Part shown: one piece after another, positions 57,742 through 64,000 of the stretch
Layout: each line of letters opens with the position of its first letter
How positions within the stretch are numbered: the first letter of the stretch is position 1
Assembly (NCBI GenBank): GCA_030913385.1
Contig: CP133159.1
Location: 640,584 to 704,583 of the forward strand
Direction: 5' to 3'
Length of the DNA stretch: 64,000 nucleotides
DNA from: Cytophagaceae bacterium ABcell3
Lineage (GTDB): Bacteria; Bacteroidota; Bacteroidia; Cytophagales; Cytophagaceae
The notes under the pieces: model-generated
What the model was told of the DNA's origin: nothing
Seen by the model: only the letters and a program-made list of their open reading frames with translations
Database searches by the model: none
Program-made: the position numbers and the translations under genes

Positions 57742-58592
57742 TCAAACCTTCCTCTTTGGCATACAAAACTCTACTCCTTCCTTGAGTCCCTGATCAGAAA
57801 CCTGTTCTCTTACCATATTCCATAATTTCCTCATCCCGTTAGTATCAAGTGCTTTATCTTTATTCATGGTCACTCCCTGAGATTTGGCTTCACTAGTAAA
57901 CCCTTCCAGCCTAATTGCAGGTCTTTTAAACCCAACGGAGTTGTACTCATCATATGTTTTACAGGGGGCAAAACTGTACATACCTTCATAAGGGCTGGAG
58001 TAAGTGGCACCTAAATAAAGTTTAAAAACAGTTTCCGGTTTTGCTTGAGTACATACTGGCTCTAAACCTACTTTGTAAAACACCTGTGGCACTTTATCTT
58101 TTAAGGATCTCACCTTGTCTAATTTATATGGGATTGAATCTTTAATGACAAAAACGGTATCAAGGCAGAATGCCCCGTTGACAGATGAGCCAAACAGTAT
58201 AACAGAACCTGGCGGAAGCTCTGTTAGTCCTTGTCCAGGTTTTGTACCTTGTTGGCAAATACTATAATAAAAGGTACTGCCGAATACGAATGGGTCGGTA
58301 TTGTGTAAGTCCTTATAATTGGGTAGCAGTTGGTAATATGGCTCAAACAGATAAGATGGTAGGCCTCCTGAATTAATTGAGTAGGTCTTTAGCAAACTTG
58401 CCGGCGCCTCCCACTCTCCCCAAAAAACCAGTTCAGTTTCGACTGTACGATCTTTTTGTAAATCTACATACTTGCCTTACGACTTCAAAAAAGTTCTTTT
58501 ATGTTCACTAGGTAAAGTGTTCCAAGGCTTGGACTCTCCATCCGGTTTTGATTCGGGGCCAGGATGTAAAAATTGTATCAACTGTTTCATAG
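57742..58592 (-). pseudogene. Hypothetical gene whose 283-codon frame is interrupted by one in-frame TAA
   Basis: ATG at 58590-58592, then MKQLIQFLHPGPE...KRTFLKS, a TAA, then the same frame continues GKYVDLQ...LLKTYSINSGG... to the stop at 57742. The ORF track lists only the TTG-initiated part 57742..58395. Confidence 0.45.
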
Positions 58593-58705
58593 TAAATTTA
58601 CTTAAGGAACAAAAGATTTTATAAACACGTAAAAATGTAAAAATTTAGTCAATATTACACTTTTTTCAATGAGCCTAATTTGATTTAGGTTAAATTTGCC
58701 CTCAA

Positions 58706-61099
58706 ATGGATAAAAAAGCTCTTTCAGAACGAGACATCTGCACAAAGTTCATTACCCCTGCTATTGAAAAGGCTGGCTGGGACAAACAAACCCAACTTTT
58801 AGAGGAAGTTACCTTTACAGATGGAAAGATTCATGTAAGGGGAAAGTTGACCGGAAGAGGGGCAAGAAAAAGAGCGGACTATATTCTCTATTATAAACCT
58901 AATATTCCCATAGCCATCATTGAGGCAAAAGATAATAAACATTCGGTTCGTGCCGGCATTCAACAAGCTTTGGATTATGCTGCCATTCTGGACATACCCT
59001 GTGTTTTCAGCAGTAATGGGGATGGATTTCTTTTCCACGACCGCACTTCGGAGGGTGAGGATATAGAAAAAGAAATTGACCTGGAAAGCTTCCCTTCTCC
59101 AAAAGAGCTATGGGAAAAATATAAAAAGTATAAGGGCATCATAACACCTGAAGCAGAAAAAATGGCTGCGCAGGAATACTATTTTGACGGAAGCGGCAGG
59201 AGTCCAAGGTATTATCAGCAAGTTGCGGTAAACCGTGCCGTAGAGGCTATCGCCAAGGGGCAGGATCGGATTTTGCTGGTGATGGCCACCGGTACTGGTA
59301 AAACCTATACGGCTTTCCAGATTATACACAGGCTATGGAAAAGCGGTGCAAAAAAGCGGATTTTGTTCCTCGCTGACCGGAATGCACTTATTGACCAGAC
59401 AAAGCGGGGCGACTTTAAGCACTTCAAGGATAAAATGACGGTGATTAAGCACCGCATGATTGACAAAAGCTATGAGGTTTATCTGGCCTTGTACCAGGGT
59501 CTGAGCGGAGCAGATGAAGATGCCAATGCCTATAAACAGTTTTCAAGGGAATTCTTTGATCTTATAGTAATAGATGAGTGCCACCGGGGAAGCGCAAAAG
59601 AAGACAGTGCCTGGAGAGAGATTTTAAATTATTTTGATAAGGCTACGCATATAGGCCTCACAGCTACGCCAAAAGAAACCAAAGAGGTTTCCAATTCTGA
59701 TTATTTTGGTGAACCGGTTTACACGTATTCTTTAAAACAAGGTATCGATGATGGGTTTCTTGCTCCTTACAGGGTTATTCGGGTTAGTTTAAATGTTGAT
59801 GCCGAAGGCTGGAGGCCGGAACAAGGCAAAAAAGACAAGTCCGGTAATGAAGTGGAAGACAGGGTATACAACCGCAGAGACTTTGACCGTAACCTGATAA
59901 TTGATGAAAGGACAGAAGCCGTTGCCCGTAAACTTACTGAGTTCCTGCATGGTTATGACAGATTTGCGAAAACCATTGTTTTTTGTAACGATATTGACCA
60001 TGCAGAGCGGATGCGTTCGGCATTATCAAACCTGAATGCGGATTTGGTGGCCAAAAACCATAAGTATATCATACAGATTACAGGGGACAATGAGGAAGGT
60101 AAACGTGAGCTGGACAATTTTATAAATCCTGAGGAAATTTATCCTGTAATTGCAACCACTTCTGAATTAATGACAACCGGCGTGGACGCGCAGACTTGCA
60201 AGGTCATTGTGCTGGATGCAGAAATTAAGTCTATGACCAAATTTAAGCAGATAGTAGGACGGGGTACACGTATAAATGAGGAGTATGATAAACTTTACTT
60301 TACCATCCTGGATTTCCGGAACGTAACTGACCTGTTCGCAGATAAAGATTTTGACGGCGATCCTGTCAGGATTAAAGAAACACGTGAGGAGGATAATCTT
60401 CAAGGAGTAGTTGACGAAGAGACTTGTAGTGGCACTGAAGTTGTCGATGAACTTACCGGAGAACCAATAGATCTGACAGAAGGAAAAAACTTTTATTCAA
60501 AACCTGACCTTGCATCTAAAGCAAGTGAACCAAGGCCTAAGGTTTATGTTAACGGCGTGGATGTTTCTGTTTTAATATCCCGGGAGATGCATTTTGACAA
60601 CAATGGCAAGCCTATAACCACAAGCCTGAAAGACCATACCCGGGAAATTATTAAAGAAAAGTTTTCCTCTCTGGATGATTTCCTGAACACCTGGAGCAAT
60701 GCTGAAAAGAAAGAAGTTATAATAAAGGAGCTGGAAGAGCAGGGTGTGTTGGTAGAAGCCCTAAGAGATGCGGTAAACCGTGAGGTTGATTTGTTTGACC
60801 TGATTTGCCATGTGGCCTTTGACCAGCCACCGCTTACGCGCAAAGAAAGGGCAAACAATGTGAAAAAGAGAAATTATTTTACAAAATACGGCCCTGCGGC
60901 GAGAAAAGTACTGGAGGCGCTTCTGGATAAATATGCCGATGAAGGCGTTACCAATATTGAAAGCATGGAGGTGCTGAAGGTTAAGCCGCTTACAGAATTT
61001 GGTTCGGCCATAGAGATTCTGGGCAATTTCGGAGGCAAGAAGCAGTACCTGGAGGCTATTAAGGAACTGGAAAAAGAATTATATAAAACAGGTGCATAG
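58706..61099 (+). CDS. hsdR: Type I restriction enzyme R subunit
   Basis: N-terminal HsdR nuclease region (ADYILYY...IAIIEAKD), helicase motifs LLVMATGTGKT and DECHRG, and a C-terminal HsdR domain. Confidence 0.85.
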   Translation: MDKKALSERDICTKFITPAIEKAGWDKQTQLLEEVTFTDGKIHVRGKLTGRGARKRADYILYYKPNIPIAIIEAKDNKHSVRAGIQQALDYAAILDIPCVFSSNGDGFLFHDRTSEGEDIEKEIDLESFPSPKELWEKYKKYKGIITPEAEKMAAQEYYFDGSGRSPRYYQQVAVNRAVEAIAKGQDRILLVMATGTGKTYTAFQIIHRLWKSGAKKRILFLADRNALIDQTKRGDFKHFKDKMTVIKHRMIDKSYEVYLALYQGLSGADEDANAYKQFSREFFDLIVIDECHRGSAKEDSAWREILNYFDKATHIGLTATPKETKEVSNSDYFGEPVYTYSLKQGIDDGFLAPYRVIRVSLNVDAEGWRPEQGKKDKSGNEVEDRVYNRRDFDRNLIIDERTEAVARKLTEFLHGYDRFAKTIVFCNDIDHAERMRSALSNLNADLVAKNHKYIIQITGDNEEGKRELDNFINPEEIYPVIATTSELMTTGVDAQTCKVIVLDAEIKSMTKFKQIVGRGTRINEEYDKLYFTILDFRNVTDLFADKDFDGDPVRIKETREEDNLQGVVDEETCSGTEVVDELTGEPIDLTEGKNFYSKPDLASKASEPRPKVYVNGVDVSVLISREMHFDNNGKPITTSLKDHTREIIKEKFSSLDDFLNTWSNAEKKEVIIKELEEQGVLVEALRDAVNREVDLFDLICHVAFDQPPLTRKERANNVKKRNYFTKYGPAARKVLEALLDKYADEGVTNIESMEVLKVKPLTEFGSAIEILGNFGGKKQYLEAIKELEKELYKTGA

Positions 61100-61155
61100 A
61101 CTTCGTTTCCTTAAACGATTACAAAAAAAAAAATTAAAGTCGCTTAAATAACACA

Positions 61156-62802
61156 ATGGCAAATTTAAAAGGAATTATTGACAGCATCCGCAAAATCATG
61201 TGGCAGGATACAGGTTTGAATGGCGATGCGCAGCGGGTGGAACAATTGGGCTGGATGCTGTTCCTGAAAATATTTTCTGATAAAGATAAAGAACTCGAAG
61301 TACTCAATGATGCCTATGTAAGCCCTATACCTGAAGCGCTGCACTGGGATGCCTGGGCGGGAGATGATGAAGGTATTACCGGTGATGAGCTGATTGAATT
61401 TGTGGACCGTAGGTTGTTCCCTGAGTTAAGAAACCTTGCGATTGGCTACACGGATGACCTTGCAAACAAGCGTGCTAAAATTGTGAAGGAGGTTTTTGAA
61501 GGGAACAACAATTACATGAAGAGCGGTATCAACATCCGAAAGGTGTTGAACAAACTGAATGAGATTGATTTTAATATTGCCAAAGATCGCCACGCTTTTG
61601 GGGAACTGTACGAAACCATACTGAAAGAATTGCAAAGTGCCGGGAAAAGCGGCGAGTTCTATACCCCAAGAGCCATTACGGAGTTTATCTGTGAAATGAT
61701 AAACCCTCAGCTGGACGAAAAAATCCTGGATCCCAGTTGTGGTACAGGGGGTTACCTGACCGCAGCCATTGAACACCTAAAGGATCAGGCCAATAGTGTT
61801 GAGGAAAGGGAAAGTATTGCGCAGAATGTCATAGGCTGGGAGTATAAACCCCTGCCATACCTGTTGGCAACCACCAACCTTATCCTGCATGACATGGAGG
61901 TTCCGAACATTACCTTCCGTGACTCGCTGGACCAGCCTTTGAGCAACTATACCGAAAAAAACAGGGTAGATGCCATTCTTGCCAACCCGCCTTTTGGAGG
62001 CATTGTTGCCAACAACAACGAAAACAATTTTCCGCAGAGCTACCGTACCAAAGAAAGTGCGGACCTGTTTCTGGTGCTGATGATTCACCTGCTGAAAAAG
62101 GGCGGACGTGCAGGTATCGTATTACCAGATGGCTCCCTTACGGGCGATGGCGTTAAACAAAGGGTTAGGCAGCGATTGCTTGAAGAGTGCAACCTGCACA
62201 CCATCATTCGTCTGCCGAATTCGGTATTTCAGCCCTATGCAACTGTAGCCACCAATCTGCTTTTCTTTACCAAAGGTGAGCCTACTTCTGAAATCTGGTA
62301 CTATGAGCACCGCCTACCGGAAGGACAAAAGGCCTACAGCAAAACCAGACCCATTAACATCAGCGAGTTTGAACCGATAAAGGACTGGTGGAACAAGCGT
62401 GAAGAGTCTGAAATTTGCTGGAAGGTAAACATTAAAGAAAGAATAGCGGAGGCGAAGCAAAAGGCAGAAACTTATTGGGACAAAGCAGAAGAGGCAAACA
62501 AAACTATAAGCAGACTGAAGGCGGAACTGGCTGGAATAAACCAGAAGATAAAAGATGATGCCACGCTGGAAAAAAGAAAAAAGTCTAAACTAAAGGACAT
62601 CCAGGAGCAAGAGGTATTGGCCAAAAACAACCAGCAGACCGGAGACAATATTTACTATCAGGCTTTTGACCTTGACATAAAAAATCCGCATAAAAAAGAA
62701 GAAGCCGTAGAATACAGCAGCAGTGAACTGATGCTAATGCTCGAAAACTCCTTTGCCCAAAGTGCTAAATTGCTGAACCAGTTAAAGGAGGTGGTGAAAT
62801 GA
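61156..62802 (+). CDS. hsdM: Type I RM N6-adenine methyltransferase M subunit
   Basis: FYTPRAI, LDPSCGTGG and the NPPFGG catalytic motif. Confidence 0.9.
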   Translation: MANLKGIIDSIRKIMWQDTGLNGDAQRVEQLGWMLFLKIFSDKDKELEVLNDAYVSPIPEALHWDAWAGDDEGITGDELIEFVDRRLFPELRNLAIGYTDDLANKRAKIVKEVFEGNNNYMKSGINIRKVLNKLNEIDFNIAKDRHAFGELYETILKELQSAGKSGEFYTPRAITEFICEMINPQLDEKILDPSCGTGGYLTAAIEHLKDQANSVEERESIAQNVIGWEYKPLPYLLATTNLILHDMEVPNITFRDSLDQPLSNYTEKNRVDAILANPPFGGIVANNNENNFPQSYRTKESADLFLVLMIHLLKKGGRAGIVLPDGSLTGDGVKQRVRQRLLEECNLHTIIRLPNSVFQPYATVATNLLFFTKGEPTSEIWYYEHRLPEGQKAYSKTRPINISEFEPIKDWWNKREESEICWKVNIKERIAEAKQKAETYWDKAEEANKTISRLKAELAGINQKIKDDATLEKRKKSKLKDIQEQEVLAKNNQQTGDNIYYQAFDLDIKNPHKKEEAVEYSSSELMLMLENSFAQSAKLLNQLKEVVK

Positions 62803-64000
62803 GTTGGAAAATTGAAACGTTTGGAAGTCTATTACAAGAAAGTCGAATACCTGCTGAAAACCCTGATGCTAATAAAAGGATAAGGGTAAAATTAAATGTT
62901 CTGGGAGTTGAAAAACGGCCTGTAGGGGTAGAAAAAGAAGGTGCAACAAATCAGTACATTAGAAAAGCAGGACAGTTTATTTATGGCAAACAGAACTTTC
63001 ATAAAGGCGCTTTCGGAATAGTGCCAGAATCTTTAGATGGATTTGAAACCAGCGCAGATATCCCTTCTTTTGATGTAAGAGAAGACTGCTTGCCAGAATG
63101 GATATTCTATTTTTTTAAAGTTGGAAATAAATTTTTGGAACTTGAAAAGTTCGCAAGAGGAGTTGGTTCAAAAAGAATTCATCCAAAACAAATTGAAGAG
63201 CTGGAAATTCCGCTTCCTCCAATCAGGATACAAGAAAAAGTTATAGGTAAAGTAAAAAAACTTGAATCATCAGGACAGGAGCTTTCCACAGAACTCACCC
63301 ACCAGCTTGACCTGGTAAAACAGCTTCGGCAGGCTTTTCTAAGGGAGGCCATTCAGGGAAAACTTGTTCCGCAAGACCCGAATGATGAACCGGCAAGCGT
63401 GCTTCTGAAAAAAATAAAAGCTGAAAAAGAGCAGTTAATAAAAGAGAAAAAAATTAAAAAAGGGAAACCGCTGCCACCAGTCAGTGAAGAGGAGGTTCCT
63501 TTTGATATTCCGGACAATTGGGTTTGGTGTAGGTTGGGGGAGGTAGTTGAACTTATTTCTGGACAGGATTTAAATCCAAGTCAATATTCCGACCAAAAAA
63601 CAGATGGCCTACCCTATCTTACTGGCGCAAGTAATTTTAATAACGGCAACGTTATTCTAAATAGATGGACAAAATCTCCTAGATCAGTAGCATATAAGGG
63701 AGATTTGTTGGTCACCTGCAAAGGCTCAGGGATTGGGAAAATGGCAACTTTGGAGGCTAAAAAGGTTCATATTGCCAGGCAAATAATGGCGATAAGGAAT
63801 TTTGCTTCGCTGCCTTCTTATTTTATACAAAAAATTGTTGAATTTAATGTGACTGATTACAAATCAAAATCTAAGAGTTCTATCCCTGGGATTGGTAGAG
63901 ATATTGTATTAAATACTTTATCCCCTCTTCCACCTCTTGCCGAACAACTTCGCATTGTTGCTAAACTTGAAGAGCTAATGAACTACTGCGACCAACTGGA
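62799..64000 (+). CDS. hsdS: Type I RM specificity subunit (3' end beyond window)
   Basis: ATG overlaps the hsdM stop (ATGA). Two TRDs are separated by a conserved LREAIQGKL helix; the C-terminal LAEQLRIVAKLEELMNYCDQL lies at the window edge. Confidence 0.8.
   Translation, partial: MSWKIETFGSLLQESRIPAENPDANKRIRVKLNVLGVEKRPVGVEKEGATNQYIRKAGQFIYGKQNFHKGAFGIVPESLDGFETSADIPSFDVREDCLPEWIFYFFKVGNKFLELEKFARGVGSKRIHPKQIEELEIPLPPIRIQEKVIGKVKKLESSGQELSTELTHQLDLVKQLRQAFLREAIQGKLVPQDPNDEPASVLLKKIKAEKEQLIKEKKIKKGKPLPPVSEEEVPFDIPDNWVWCRLGEVVELISGQDLNPSQYSDQKTDGLPYLTGASNFNNGNVILNRWTKSPRSVAYKGDLLVTCKGSGIGKMATLEAKKVHIARQIMAIRNFASLPSYFIQKIVEFNVTDYKSKSKSSIPGIGRDIVLNTLSPLPPLAEQLRIVAKLEELMNYCDQL

Overview
The window is about 64 kb of AT-rich (roughly 38-40% GC) chromosome that looks Bacteroidota-like. 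The cues are many lipoproteins with a Cys lipobox straight after a short signal peptide, IS66 and IS3 elements, no Shine-Dalgarno spacing, and TTG starts picked by the ORF track. All calls below come from reading the sequence and translations only; no database search was run. Contents from left to right. (1) 1-12.6 kb: a glycoconjugate or polysaccharide biosynthesis locus. It holds a polytopic GT-C-like membrane protein, GT2 and GT4 glycosyltransferases, a SAM methyltransferase, two paralogous PAPS-type sulfotransferase domains (one fused into a 1325-aa multi-GT protein) and an SDR. A duplicated cassette carrying a GT2 pseudogene fragment is also present. (2) 12.7-29 kb: housekeeping and metabolic genes. 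These are an atypical Nramp-like transporter, a deoxyhypusine-synthase-like protein, an ASRT (sensory-rhodopsin-transducer-like) - GH13 (TreS-like) - Fgd-like LLM oxidoreductase cluster, an IMPDH-family protein, a ferredoxin/FNR pair and a PAS histidine kinase. (3) 30.3-39.7 kb: an NfeD-flotillin pair followed by a tight operon of a 1638-aa protein with a C-terminal MoxR/McrB-like AAA+ domain, a small J-domain protein and PspA/IM30. I consider this the most interesting candidate system in the window. (4) 40-47 kb: mobile DNA. There is an IS66 element with an 8-bp target-site duplication that splits a TPR lipoprotein gene, an ORF-less group II intron remnant with intact domains V-VI, and an IS3 element with an A7G frameshift site that sits between a YhcG/DUF1016 PD-(D/E)xK gene and a truncated paralog. 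(5) 52-64 kb: a defense-type island around an initiator-like tRNA-Met. It holds an AAA_21 ATPase + DUF4276/TOPRIM-like pair, a GIY-YIG protein, a three-gene module ending in a SecB-like chaperone (TAC-like), a stop-interrupted ORF, and a type I RM system (hsdR, hsdM, hsdS, the last running off the window). Two intergenic repeat families recur. One is a ~170-bp TTAA-flanked MITE-like element: five copies, one of them a 42-bp palindromic mini-derivative, and one that replaces the 3' end of a gene. The other is a palindromic hairpin plus G-run repeat.
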